Source of the DNA: Candidatus Bathyarchaeia archaeon
Lineage (GTDB): Archaea; Thermoproteota; Bathyarchaeia; Bathyarchaeales; Bathycorpusculaceae
NCBI GenBank assembly: GCA_049516875.1
Contig: JBEKSS010000003.1
Span: forward strand, 160,001-224,000
Direction of reading: 5' to 3'
Length of the DNA stretch: 64,000 nucleotides
Under the pieces are notes generated by a model. The model was not told the origin of the DNA, made no database searches, and saw only the letters and a list, made by a program, of their open reading frames with translations. Below, one piece after another: positions 9,708-19,468 of this stretch (position 1 is its first letter; each line of letters starts with the position of its first letter). Both the position numbers and the translations under genes were made by a program.

Positions 9708-10076
9708 TTATGGGTTTTGTAATACTGTATTGCAAACGCTTTCTATTCTTTTCATAACATCTTGAGCCCGTTGGAGCTGAGGACCATCGATTCTGCCACC
9801 ATATGCTTGACCAGGACGAATTTGATTTTCAAGTTCTTGGAAAGCTCGCCACACTAATTCAGAATTCTCTCCAAAAACGCTTTCGTGTTCGTTTATCATT
9901 GATCTCACGTTGCTATGCTTGTTTATGTGCAACCCTTCCTTTGCCATGCATGCCTCAATCAAGTGAAAACACGCCTCGAATATTGTCTCGATTCTGGTAG
10001 GGATGGAGTTCTGTTCGTTCTCAGAGTCTCGCTTGAACATTCCGTATTTCTGCAAATAAACGTCTTGGGAGGCCAT
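9708..10076 (-). CDS. HEPN-like protein (partner of the adjacent MNT)
   Basis: Helical ~122 aa with FEACFHLIEA, H and RPGQAY motifs; directly upstream of the MNT. Confidence 0.7.
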   Translation of the reverse strand: MASQDVYLQKYGMFKRDSENEQNSIPTRIETIFEACFHLIEACMAKEGLHINKHSNVRSMINEHESVFGENSELVWRAFQELENQIRPGQAYGGRIDGPQLQRAQDVMKRIESVCNTVLQNP

Positions 10077-10303
10077 GTTATATACAGTATTGCGAACAAA
10101 GACCACTTAATCCTTTCTGTATACTGTATAACGAATTTCTGTGGGTACCAAAGACAACAGAAGCGGAGACGTCTCCTACGAACACCTTTTTCTCTGTCGA
10201 GTTTCAACGCATTATTCTCGTCTATCAGAAATGCACGATTGTTGGATGCCAGTGTGACGAATGGGATATGTGTTATATGCTAAGGAAACAAAATCGCGCG
10301 CGC

Positions 10304-10369
10304 CAAAGCACCAACGCTTACGCTGATGTTCTTGGCCATCGAAATCAGAAGAGCACAGATTCCTTTCAT
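10304..10369 (-). pseudogene. Truncated 5' copy of the DUF123 gene at 1-480
   Basis: MKGICALLISMAKNISVSVGAL vs MKGIYVLLVSIAKNISVRVGGL; ends at CGCGCGCGC 10295-10303. Confidence 0.85.
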
Positions 10370-10378
10370 GTCTTTCTA

Positions 10379-10483
10379 TCAATGCCTCTGCTCATACCAT
10401 TTCAGAATTTCTTTAACGGCACTGTCCGAGTAGCCTGTCTCTCTAAGCTTTTTTTCAAGGTCATTGAGAGTCTCAACCTTCAA
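10379..10483 (-). CDS. 34-aa small helical protein (TTG start, not in ORF track)
   Basis: MKVETLNDLEKKLRETGYSDSAVKEILKWYEQRH, amphipathic, same orientation as flanking genes. Confidence 0.5.
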   Translation of the reverse strand: MKVETLNDLEKKLRETGYSDSAVKEILKWYEQRH

Positions 10484-10587
10484 GCCGGGGCACCATCCAA
10501 CAAAGAGCTTTACTAGGCATATCCTATTTATCCTTTGACCCGCGTGTCGATACATGCCTGCACTTTCGGAAGAAGCTTTGCCTAATG

Positions 10588-11685
10588 CTACTTCAGATAG
10601 GACTCTGGCCTTTCGAAGTCAAACTTTTTGGCCTTAAGCACTTTGGTGGCGAACCGAAGAATCTGTTTGCGCACTTTTGTTGACAGGTGTGGATACCACA
10701 GGGGTGAGGCTAGGACGAGGCTGCGCCAGGCGTAGAAGGGTTGGATCACGGTTAGGATTTCTTCGTCGTCAGTCTTGTCCAGATAGTTCCGCCAGAAGAG
10801 CCGAAACAGCCTCTCGAACGGCGTTCCGATAATCTCTCCGAATGCTTGCAGGGAATAGAACAGGTAGTTTATGGTCATGGTGCTCACGTCGTCGGCGGGT
10901 TCACCCCACTCGCCTCCTTTGCGGTCCAGCACCGTGAAGTCTAAGCCCTGCCTGAACATGACGTTCCAAGGGTGAAAGTCTCCGTGCACCTGCGACAGCC
11001 TGTGAACCTTGCGTCTGAGCCGCCAGCGCCACTCCACACACGATTTCTCGAGATTAACAAAGAATTTCTCATCAGCGTACTCTAGACCGCTCGGATAGCT
11101 GTCCGTCAACCCGAAGATTCCCTCGCCGTGCCCCAGCAAATCGCGCACACGCCTAACATACAGTCCCGGCGAATCCTTCTTCTTAACCGAGTGAATCCCA
11201 ACAAGATAGTCGGACAGAGCTAAACAGCGCTCCTCATCCAGACCACTCACGTCGCAGACCACCCTAATCTTATCCAAGTCAGCATGGTAGAGCACACCAT
11301 CAACAAACTCGGTCAGAATGAAGAACTCGCAGCAATCACCCAACGACTTAAGCGTCTCACCGTCACCCGTGAACGAACCGACGTCAACGGAACGCACGTG
11401 CCGGGGCAGCTTGTTAAACGTCGAATGCTGCATCAGCAGAACCGCCGCACGGTCAGCAAAGTGATCATGCCCGAAACCCTCCTGCCGCAACGTCTCCAAA
11501 ACCACATTCCGAGTCTCCCCTCCCACGCTGAACTCTATCAAGCACGGCACACCATAACCGAAACCCTTCAACTCCTCAGCGCCCTCCGCCCCCTGTAGCG
11601 GAACGACACGAGAAACCTCCACAGGTTCCTTGTACACGCATGAAAGATACTGCTGCACCCGCTCAACCTTCAACTCCAACAACAA
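10588..11685 (-). CDS. Aminoglycoside phosphotransferase/choline kinase-like phosphotransferase
   Basis: QVHGDFHPWNVMF...VLDR Brenner-type motif. Confidence 0.85.
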   Translation of the reverse strand: MLLELKVERVQQYLSCVYKEPVEVSRVVPLQGAEGAEELKGFGYGVPCLIEFSVGGETRNVVLETLRQEGFGHDHFADRAAVLLMQHSTFNKLPRHVRSVDVGSFTGDGETLKSLGDCCEFFILTEFVDGVLYHADLDKIRVVCDVSGLDEERCLALSDYLVGIHSVKKKDSPGLYVRRVRDLLGHGEGIFGLTDSYPSGLEYADEKFFVNLEKSCVEWRWRLRRKVHRLSQVHGDFHPWNVMFRQGLDFTVLDRKGGEWGEPADDVSTMTINYLFYSLQAFGEIIGTPFERLFRLFWRNYLDKTDDEEILTVIQPFYAWRSLVLASPLWYPHLSTKVRKQILRFATKVLKAKKFDFERPESYLK

Positions 11686-11792
11686 ACCTCACCGGAACAA
11701 CAGGTGCCAAACAACGGTTAAAAACATAACGATGCGTGCAGCCAACGATCAGAGAAAATCACCCTTGAACACATATGTCGCAGCGCTCGCGA

Positions 11793-11990
11793 GATTGAGC
11801 CTCAAAAGAATCACGGATTGAGTACTCAAACACAAGGACGCCAACTCTAACATGAGAAACTCAGCATGCCGAAACTTTTGACACTCAAAAACCTCGCAGA
11901 ATTGAGTAGAAAAACCTTCAAACCAACATGCTTCAACAATGTTTTGAGGCTCAAAGAAATCACGGGTTGAGTACTCAAACACAAGGGCTC
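11793..11990. repeat. Dispersed palindromic repeat family B, full copy
   Basis: Two CTCAAA(A/G)(G/A)AATCACGG(A/G)TTGAGTACTCAAACACAAG units around a degenerate central unit; homologous (inverted) to 58430-58650. Confidence 0.85.
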
Positions 11991-12159
11991 ACACGTCGAC
12001 ACACCAAAGCGTGCCTTCTCAATAAGAAAACTCTGCGCTTAACACTTGCTAAAGCCAAAACCAGATCCAAGCAGACTATTAGCTGGATGTCAGTTAGTTT
12101 CCAAAATAAGACATGGGCGGAAACAGCTTTCCAGAAAATAGAAGGTTAAGAAGCAGTTA

Positions 12160-12558
12160 CTAGGTCTTCCGCTTCTTTTCGGGCTTCTTCTCTTCTCCCA
12201 CCTTAGGCTGCTCAGGCTGCTCCTCTTCAACGGTCGGCTTCCCTTCCATCGTCGGCTTCTCTTCCGCCACAGGCTTCTCCTCAACCGTCGTTTTCTGCTC
12301 TGTTTCCATCTCACTCGTAATCTCTTCGATGGGCTTCGGAGGCGGTGTCGTGGCCATCGTCCAACCTATCCAAGCGCCTATGGCCAATATGGCGATGAAC
12401 GCTATGAACACTGGAAGCGCTACGAGCGTGAACGAGATATGCCACACGCCGGAGTCCAACCAGTACCCCCAGTAGAACAGTCCGAGACTGTAGAGCACGC
12501 CTATTACCACGCAGACCGTGCAGATTAATCCGCCAATCGCTTGATCTTTGCTAACCAT
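12160..12558 (-). CDS. Conserved archaeal two-TM membrane protein with charged tail, paralog of 3806-4111
   Basis: WIGWTMATTPPPKPIEEI motif. Confidence 0.85.
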   Translation of the reverse strand: MVSKDQAIGGLICTVCVVIGVLYSLGLFYWGYWLDSGVWHISFTLVALPVFIAFIAILAIGAWIGWTMATTPPPKPIEEITSEMETEQKTTVEEKPVAEEKPTMEGKPTVEEEQPEQPKVGEEKKPEKKRKT

Positions 12559-12632
12559 TCACATATCACCACATATTAGCCCTTTTTATGGCTCTAAGAC
12601 CTTTTAAAGTTTACCGTACCTCTTGATATTTG

Positions 12633-13889
12633 CTAACTTGTTCCCGACTCCCACGTCGTCAGATACGTCTTCTGCTCCTCGGTCAACTCGTCTATCCTAA
12701 TTCCCATCGCGTCAAGCTTCAGCCTCGCCACTTTCTCGTCAATCTCCTTGGGCACCGGGTAGACCTTCGGCTCCATCCTTCCCGCCTTGGCCAAGTGTTC
12801 CACGCAGAGAGCCTGGTTCGCGAAAGACATGTCCATGACCTCCGACGGATGGCCCTCCGCCGCCGCCAAGTTGACAAGCCTGCCCTCGGCCAGAAGGTAC
12901 AGTCTCCTGCCATCCTTGAGAGTGTACTCGTCCAGGTTGGGCCTTATGTTCCTCTTCGACGTTGCAAGCTCTTCAAGGTACTTCGGGTTAACCTCAACGT
13001 TGAAGTGTCCGCTGTTGGCCAACAACACCCCGTCCTTCATCCTCAGCATGTGCTCCTTCCTGATGACGCTCGTGTCGCCCGTCGCCGTGACGAACACGTC
13101 GCCCACGACAGCGGCCTCCGCCATGGGCATCACACGCAGACCGTTCATAGCCGCTTCAAGAGCCCTCGTGGGGTTCACCTCGGTGACTATGACGTTTGCG
13201 CCCATCCCCTGCGCTCTCAGGGCTATGCCCCTTCCGCACCAGCCGTAGCCGCAGACAACGAAGTTCTTGCCCGCGAAGAGAACGTTTGTGGCCCGTAGAA
13301 TGCCGTCCAGAGTGCTCTGGCCGGTTCCGTAACGGTTGTCGAACAGGTACTTCGTGTAAGCATCGTTCACGGCGATTATCGGGTACTTGAGGGCTCCGTC
13401 CTTCTCCATGGCTCTGAGCCTTAAGACGCCGGTTGTGGTTTCCTCCGTGCCGCCTTTGACGCCCTGTAGGAGTTCTGCTCGTTTGCTGTGGAGTGTGCCC
13501 ACGAGGTCGGCTCCGTCGTCTAGGGTGATGGTGGGCTTGGTGTCCAGCACTTTTTCTACGCACCAGTAGTACTCGTCGGTGGTTTGGACGCGCCAGGCGT
13601 AGACTCTGGTTCCTTCTCGTGCCAGGGCGGCTGCGACGTTGTCCTGTGTTGAGAGGGGGTTCGACCCGCACAGTGCGACGTTTGCTCCGCCCGCGAGGAA
13701 TGTTTCGACGAGAAATCCGGTTTCTTTGGTCACGTGCAAACAGGCGGCCAGCATCAAACCCATGAGGGGCTTCTCCTTGGCAAACCTGTTTTTGATCTGG
13801 GCGAGAACGGGCATGTGTTTCGACGCCCATTCGATTTGTAAGCGTCCTTCAGGAGCCAAACTCGCATCCTTAACCTTGAAGTCCTCCAT
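12633..13889 (-). CDS. ahcY: S-adenosylhomocysteine hydrolase
   Basis: [53 protein letters not shown] motifs. Confidence 0.98.
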   Translation of the reverse strand: MEDFKVKDASLAPEGRLQIEWASKHMPVLAQIKNRFAKEKPLMGLMLAACLHVTKETGFLVETFLAGGANVALCGSNPLSTQDNVAAALAREGTRVYAWRVQTTDEYYWCVEKVLDTKPTITLDDGADLVGTLHSKRAELLQGVKGGTEETTTGVLRLRAMEKDGALKYPIIAVNDAYTKYLFDNRYGTGQSTLDGILRATNVLFAGKNFVVCGYGWCGRGIALRAQGMGANVIVTEVNPTRALEAAMNGLRVMPMAEAAVVGDVFVTATGDTSVIRKEHMLRMKDGVLLANSGHFNVEVNPKYLEELATSKRNIRPNLDEYTLKDGRRLYLLAEGRLVNLAAAEGHPSEVMDMSFANQALCVEHLAKAGRMEPKVYPVPKEIDEKVARLKLDAMGIRIDELTEEQKTYLTTWESGTS

Positions 13890-13964
13890 AAACGTTTCAC
13901 TCTCCCTATGTCCATTTGCCGTTTGCTATATAAAACTAAGCGTCTAAAAGTCTGCAGCTTGTGA

Positions 13965-14037
13965 TTGTCATGTTGGGTTTCGAGGCCTTGTGTTTGAGTA
14001 CTCAATTCGTGTTTTTTTTGAGGCTCAATTCGTTGAG
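13965..14037. repeat. Repeat family B, single-unit copy (inverted)
   Basis: TGTTGGGTTTCGAGGCCTTGTGTTTGAGTACTCAATTCGTGTTTTTTTTGAGGCTCAAT joins the left and right flanks of the 58430-58650 copy. Confidence 0.8.
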
Positions 14038-14351
14038 CAACGGGCGCTTTGAGGGAATAGGGGCGATTGCGTTTTTTTTTGTCTTTGGTGTTTTTTTCTG
14101 CATCTTTTTTCGTCTAAAGCGGTTCGTAGCTTGAGTGATGGATGTTATGGTGTCTGGAGGCCGCGGGGAGAAGTCTGGCTGCGTTGCATGAGTCATGGTG
14201 GACGGCGAGTTTGTTGGAGTTCATGTGGATGCTGTGACAACGGTTGATAACTCTGAAGCTTGGCATGTTAAGGCAAACTTTTATGGGTGAAATAGTCAAC
14301 GGAGATCAGCTTCCAAGTTTGCAAAGAGGAGCATGGAACCTATCAGGTTAA

Positions 14352-14558
14352 GATAATGGACAAACAGGCACCATAACCGTCGTTCCGGAGTTGCCATCCC
14401 TGTTAGGCCTGCTAATGTTGTTAGCATTGTTGACTGCATTAGTGGTCTATGCGAAGAGAAGATCCAGAGTGAAACAAGGATTACCCAAAGAAGGTTCTAA
14501 GACTGACGGAACCATCTTCCCATCAGCTTCTTCAGCAGACGATGCTGTTTACGTTTGA
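14352..14558 (+). pseudogene. C-terminal remnant of a PEF-CTERM-type surface protein
   Basis: TITVVPELPSLLGLLMLLALLTALVVYAKRR; in-frame TAA immediately upstream. Confidence 0.6.
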
Positions 14559-14875
14559 AAATTGCTTAGCGTCCGCTTGGGTATGCTTCTCCCCTAGATA
14601 GAAAAAGCGAGCGCGCGCACTTTTTGCCGACTCTACTTTAGCATGTTACTCATGTTTTTGCAGAACTTGCACGCGATCAATCACTCTTCTCTATTCTATC
14701 TGTTTTGTCCTTGATTCCACTGTAAGCTTCGTGCGCTGTGAAGAGAAGGCGGCTGATTGTTAGTCGGTGATCTGGTTGTAATCTGTTCTTTTCACATTCG
14801 AGTTGAGGTGTCTTCCGGGCAACCTTCTTTTTAGTTGCACTTGAGCGGGTCCTTTGGAGGGCTTGCTACGGTGTA

Positions 14876-16279
14876 TCATTTTGTTGCGAATTCTTTGAGT
14901 TCTTTGAGTTTGTGTATCTCAATCAGGTTGCTTGCGTGTTTTCGAGAGGTTCTGAAGGCAGCCGTGAACAGTATCGTTTCCTCGTCGTTGATAAGGCCTG
15001 TTGATTGAAGCTTCTTTGCAACCGCCAGAATTCGGTCGTTCTCTTCGCGGTAGTCCATTTGCATTGTGGATACGCCGAAGGCCAGTTCAAGTTGCCTCTT
15101 GACTTGCGCGTCGGGGGTCACGGCGATTATCGGCTGGGTTATCTTGAATCTTGAGATCATTTTGGCTGTGTAGCCTGATCTGGTCAGGGTGACGACTTTG
15201 CCTACGGGCATCTCTTGGCATATTCTTTGAATTGCCCTGCTTATGGTGTCTGAGATGTTGATGAAACCCTCGTCTTCGACGTGGTTTTCGACTGCCTTTT
15301 CAGTTTCGACCGCGATTCTGGACATCATCGAGACGGCTTCTACTGGGTACTGTCCTACTGCTGTCTCGCCTGAGAGCATCGTTACTTCTGTTCCGTCCAG
15401 TATTGCGTTGGCTACGTCGCTGACTTCGGCTCTGGTCGGGATTGGGTTGTGCATCATTGATTCTAGCATTTCTGTTGCCGTCACAACGGTCTTTCCTCTC
15501 TGGTTGCACTGTCTGATTATTGATTTCTGGACGAGCGGAACCTTTTCAGGTTCTATTTCAACGCCTAAGTCGCCTCTTGCCACCATGATTCCGTCTGCAG
15601 TGTTCAGGATTTCGTTGAAGTTGTTGACGCCTTCATAGTTCTCTATCTTGGCGATGATTGCGCCCTTGCACCGGTGAGCCTCTTTCCTGAGGTTTTCTAC
15701 GTCTCGAGCGTTTCTTGTAAAAGAGAGAGCTATGAATTCAACGTCCCTTTCCTTTGCCAAGCCTAATATCTCGCGGTCCCTGCCTGAGAGGGTTGGAACT
15801 GCAAGTCTCTTGTAGGGGATGTTAACTCCCTTTCCGTCATCTATTTCTCCAGGGGTCAAAGCCACTAGTTTTAGGGTGCTCTTCTTTTTTTCGGCGATTT
15901 TCAGTCTCAGCTTTCCGTTGTCAACCATGACATTGTCGCCGACATCCACGTCGTCGTAGAAATTCCTGCTGAAGCTTATTTTCTCGCGTTTGAAGCCGGC
16001 TTCGAAAACGTCTCCTTTGTCGATGGCCCTCTTGTTTTTTACTCTGAGCCTTATTTCAGGCCCTTTAATGTCAACTATTACCGGGATATCTGCGACTTTG
16101 CGAACGGTGTCAATCATGTTCTTGTATTGGTCGAGTGTTCCATAGGCAGTGTTTATTCTGGTGCCATTCATTCCCGCACGATACATTTTCTGAAGCGTTT
16201 CCTTAGAAAGGCTGGTCGGACCAATCGTGCAGACGATTTTGGTTTTCTTCAAAAACCCATCTCCGATGCCCAGCTTCAA
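14876..16279 (-). CDS. pyk: Pyruvate kinase
   Basis: KTKIVCTIGP, DIKGPEIR, IIAKIEN, DGIMVARGDLG, TRAEVSDVANA, MLSGETA. Confidence 0.98.
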   Translation of the reverse strand: MKLGIGDGFLKKTKIVCTIGPTSLSKETLQKMYRAGMNGTRINTAYGTLDQYKNMIDTVRKVADIPVIVDIKGPEIRLRVKNKRAIDKGDVFEAGFKREKISFSRNFYDDVDVGDNVMVDNGKLRLKIAEKKKSTLKLVALTPGEIDDGKGVNIPYKRLAVPTLSGRDREILGLAKERDVEFIALSFTRNARDVENLRKEAHRCKGAIIAKIENYEGVNNFNEILNTADGIMVARGDLGVEIEPEKVPLVQKSIIRQCNQRGKTVVTATEMLESMMHNPIPTRAEVSDVANAILDGTEVTMLSGETAVGQYPVEAVSMMSRIAVETEKAVENHVEDEGFINISDTISRAIQRICQEMPVGKVVTLTRSGYTAKMISRFKITQPIIAVTPDAQVKRQLELAFGVSTMQMDYREENDRILAVAKKLQSTGLINDEETILFTAAFRTSRKHASNLIEIHKLKELKEFATK

Positions 16280-16410
16280 AGATACTGTTGATCTTTGCTT
16301 TAACGCTAGCGTTTAGTCTTCAGTGGCACGTGTTAGAAGCATTTCTTTCTCTATCGCAACTTTCCAAAAGTCATTTATATTATGGCTGCAAGAGTGAAAA
16401 ACGATCTTGA

Positions 16411-16716
16411 ATGAAGTTCTTGATAATTGCGAAAGTGAGACAGACTCCTGTGGATGTCTGGGCTAAGCTGCTCCCAGCCCACTTCAAGTATCTTGACGAG
16501 TTGGAGAGGAAGAAGACTATCGAGGTTTCGTACCATCTGATTGGTCATCAGGGCGATGCTTTGATTGTCAACGCGAATTCAGATGAAGAGTTGGCGAGCA
16601 TAATAGGTGAAGATCCACTGTTCTTCTACACCGAAAGAGAAGTCTACCCGCTTACGACGCGTGAGGTTCATAAACGAAGACTGGAACAGATGTTCGGAAA
16701 GACCCGCCCGCGCTGA
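16411..16716 (+). CDS. Muconolactone isomerase/YCII-like dimeric alpha-beta barrel protein
   Basis: HFKYLDEL...ALIVNANSDEEL...DPLF...EVYPL pattern. Confidence 0.65.
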   Translation: MKFLIIAKVRQTPVDVWAKLLPAHFKYLDELERKKTIEVSYHLIGHQGDALIVNANSDEELASIIGEDPLFFYTEREVYPLTTREVHKRRLEQMFGKTRPR

Positions 16717-16827
16717 GACGGCTTTGAATATCTTCTACACTTGGCGATGCTGTGCTGTTCCACGATGGGATGTAGATTCGGAAATCATTGGATTCCAATT
16801 CGCACCTGTAGTTGAGCGGGTGGTTGC

Positions 16828-17559
16828 GTGGTTATTCGGGTTGATCTTGAGTTGTGGGCGAGAGATGCGGGGAAAGCTGTTGGCCGAGGAGACTTGATCA
16901 TTGTTATCGATGCTTTGAGGTCTGGAACGAGCGTCTTGAACGCGTTGACCAACGGTGCAGAGGCTGTGATTCCGGTAGTAAGTCTGAAAGAGGCTTACAG
17001 GCTTCGCAGTCAACATCCAGAATATCTCCTAGCGGGTGAGAGAGGGGGACACAGGCCCGAGGGCTTTGGCCTTGGAAATTCACCTTTAGAATTTACGCGT
17101 GAAAAGGTTGCTGGTAAGAGCCTGGTGATGACGACCACGAGCGGCACGGCGGCTTTGGTTAAGTCTCAGGAGGCGAGATGGGTTTTGGTTGGAGCATTCT
17201 TGAATGCTGGGGCAGTGGCGGAAAAAGCTGAGGAGATAACTGCGAAGGAAAGGGTAGGGGTGTCGTTTGTCTTGGCTGGAGAAAAAGGCGGTTTTTCTTT
17301 GGAAGACTTCCTGTGTGCAGGCGCAATCGCTGAGGGTTTTACCGCAGGGGGTGCTGGTTTTTCAGACAAGGTTCAGGCGGCGCTGTTGGCGTTCAGACAG
17401 GCAGCAAGCGATTTGACCGGAAGCGTCATGGGGGCGGAGCACGCGAAGCATTTAGTCAGACTCGGGTTCAAGGGGGACGTGGATTTTGCCTGTCAACTGA
17501 ACGTGTTGCGAACAGTGCCGATATACAGCCTTGGCAGAATAACGTTGCAAAGTAGATAA
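16828..17559 (+). CDS. comB: 2-phosphosulfolactate phosphatase family protein
   Basis: VIDALRS, GERGG, GNSP, TTTSGT, FSLEDFLCAG. Confidence 0.9.
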   Translation: MVIRVDLELWARDAGKAVGRGDLIIVIDALRSGTSVLNALTNGAEAVIPVVSLKEAYRLRSQHPEYLLAGERGGHRPEGFGLGNSPLEFTREKVAGKSLVMTTTSGTAALVKSQEARWVLVGAFLNAGAVAEKAEEITAKERVGVSFVLAGEKGGFSLEDFLCAGAIAEGFTAGGAGFSDKVQAALLAFRQAASDLTGSVMGAEHAKHLVRLGFKGDVDFACQLNVLRTVPIYSLGRITLQSR

Positions 17560-17749
17560 TCTGCGGTGTTCAGGACCGTGATGATGTGACAGTGTGCACA
17601 GTCTGTGTTAGGACTATCTTCCTTGTTTTTCATGCGTGCAGTGGTAATTCTGACAGTGGTTGCGGTTCTTTTTTGCCATTGGCAGAAGAGGATGTGGGTA
17701 ACAAGGAGTGTTGCAATATTCCTAGTCAGTGCTGGGGCACTGGCATGAT

Positions 17750-17950
17750 TTATCTTTTGATTCTCCAGACTAGGTATACTACTGAGAAAATCAGGAACGA
17801 CGCGTCTAAGACGTTCGGGAACGATGGAAAGTAGACCCATTTGTTGAAGTACGTTGTGAATTTGAGTGCTATCCCGATCGTGCCGAAGACCATTGCCAAG
17901 AGTACGCAATCATTGAGCAGTTCTTTCCAATTTCTGTACATGGACTTCAT
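17750..17950 (-). CDS. Small two-TM membrane protein
   Basis: Two hydrophobic segments and basic C-terminus. Confidence 0.5.
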   Translation of the reverse strand: MKSMYRNWKELLNDCVLLAMVFGTIGIALKFTTYFNKWVYFPSFPNVLDASFLIFSVVYLVWRIKR

Positions 17951-18097
17951 TTTTCCACTGAGGAGCCTCTTGGTGTGCCCCGGTTTTGGTTTACACACTG
18001 CATATTTTAGGTTTTCATCAATCGCAGGTGTGGTTGCTGTTGTTAGAGTCAGCTTTTGTTAGACACTTATATAAAAAACTTTGTTGAGGTAGAGTGT

Positions 18098-18748
18098 TCA
18101 GGTTATCCTTGTTGCTGTTTCTATTGTGAAGCCTCTTTCTCCTATTGAGTAGGGAAGCATTCGTGTTGGAACGATGGCTCCGCTTATCTTCTTTATCATT
18201 ATGTGTCTGGAGGTGGCTTCGGTTCCCTGTGTGGTCGTGAAGACTATGACGCCGTCCGCGAAATGCTGCATTGCGGTTTCAGTTTTCCGCTGCTGCATCC
18301 CCTTGGTCAGGAGGACTAGGTGCAATTCTGCGCATTCTCTGTTCTGAGTTGACATAGAGTTGAGCAGAGTGGCTACTTCTTGGGTTTTATGCGTGAGGAC
18401 GAGTTCAGAGAGGGAGTCCACGACGACGCTTCTGTGTTGTTTCATCTCTCCTGTGATAGCGTCCATCAACGAGTCGGTTTGGGTGAAGTTGACAAACCTC
18501 CATCTTCCCGCTTTCTCCAATGATGATGTCTGCCACCCGTAAGCGGACATGTCGTCCCTGACGGAGTCTGCGGATCTCGTCACGGTGAAATACGTGATCC
18601 CAACCTCCTTGGCCCTCCAGTGGGCGACCTGTCTGGCGAAGACTTCGCTCCCTGACCCGGGTGAGCCTAAGAGCAAGAAGACTCTTGGGGGTAGGCCTCC
18701 TTGGAGGAACTCGTCGAGACCGGCGATGCCTGTTTTAAGCAGTTTCAT
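18098..18748 (-). CDS. RAD55/KaiC-family ATPase-like protein (degenerate Walker A)
   Basis: KTGIAGLDEFLQGGLP, GSPGSGSE, VVVDSLS, ADGVI. Confidence 0.85.
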   Translation of the reverse strand: MKLLKTGIAGLDEFLQGGLPPRVFLLLGSPGSGSEVFARQVAHWRAKEVGITYFTVTRSADSVRDDMSAYGWQTSSLEKAGRWRFVNFTQTDSLMDAITGEMKQHRSVVVDSLSELVLTHKTQEVATLLNSMSTQNRECAELHLVLLTKGMQQRKTETAMQHFADGVIVFTTTQGTEATSRHIMIKKISGAIVPTRMLPYSIGERGFTIETATRIT

Positions 18749-18940
18749 TCGTGTTCTTCCTTGTTGAAGTTTGTGACGCATTATGTTATAATGCTTTTCT
18801 ATCGGGATCTTTGGACTCGAGTAGGCTTGTTCAGAAGCGCGCTATTGTGGTACTAGAGGTTAGCTCTATAGGATTAATCCTTGGCTGTTTAAATAACTGC
18901 TTTGGGAAGTTGAATATGTCAAAACATGAGGAGGAGAGAA

Positions 18941-19372
18941 ATGAAAATGAAGAGTTTCAGAAGGAACAAGAAAGGAGTTTCGGATGTTATAGCCGTGCTA
19001 CTGATGATAGCAATCGCTGTCGCAGCTTCGCTCATAGCCTACGCATGGGTTATGGGATACTTGGGAGGCACAACCAACAAAGTGGGCAAGGCAATACAAA
19101 TACAAAGCATGTACTACAGCGGCACAACCTTATACGTCTACGTGCAGAACGTCGGAACTGCGCCGGTGACGTTAAGCAGTGTTTACAGAAACGGAGTTCT
19201 TGACACTACAGCTACTTTCACCAACAACAGTCCAACATTAGCAATAAACCAAACATCCATGGTAACCACTCTGGTTCCGGCCGGCTTCAATCCCACCAAC
19301 GCAGTTGACGTCAAGGTGGTTTGCAGCGACGGGACTTTCATGGAAGCCACGCAGACAATTCCAGGCTCTTAG
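18941..19372 (+). CDS. Archaeal type IV pilin (candidate major pilin)
   Basis: Class III signal KKG|VSDVIAVLLMIAIAVAA. Confidence 0.9.
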   Translation: MKMKSFRRNKKGVSDVIAVLLMIAIAVAASLIAYAWVMGYLGGTTNKVGKAIQIQSMYYSGTTLYVYVQNVGTAPVTLSSVYRNGVLDTTATFTNNSPTLAINQTSMVTTLVPAGFNPTNAVDVKVVCSDGTFMEATQTIPGS

Positions 19373-19468
19373 CACCAAGCAGTTGAAGTCGAAGACTGAT
19401 CGGGTCATGCGACCGGTCAGCTAGTTCCCCTTATTCTTTAGTCTGCACGTTAATGAATGATCGTGTAA

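Noticed and set aside
11793-11990. Repeat family B as a CRISPR mini-array
   Set aside because: Sequence between the units is conserved between distant copies rather than unique, spacing is irregular, and no cas genes are present.
12630-13830. Long antisense and alternate-frame ORFs over ahcY (similar ones over HerA, acdA and the GT4)
   Set aside because: Shadow ORFs of GC-rich coding sequence with no motifs.
16828-17559. comB as evidence for coenzyme M synthesis or methanogenesis
   Set aside because: ComB homologs are widespread and no other com or mcr genes are in the window.
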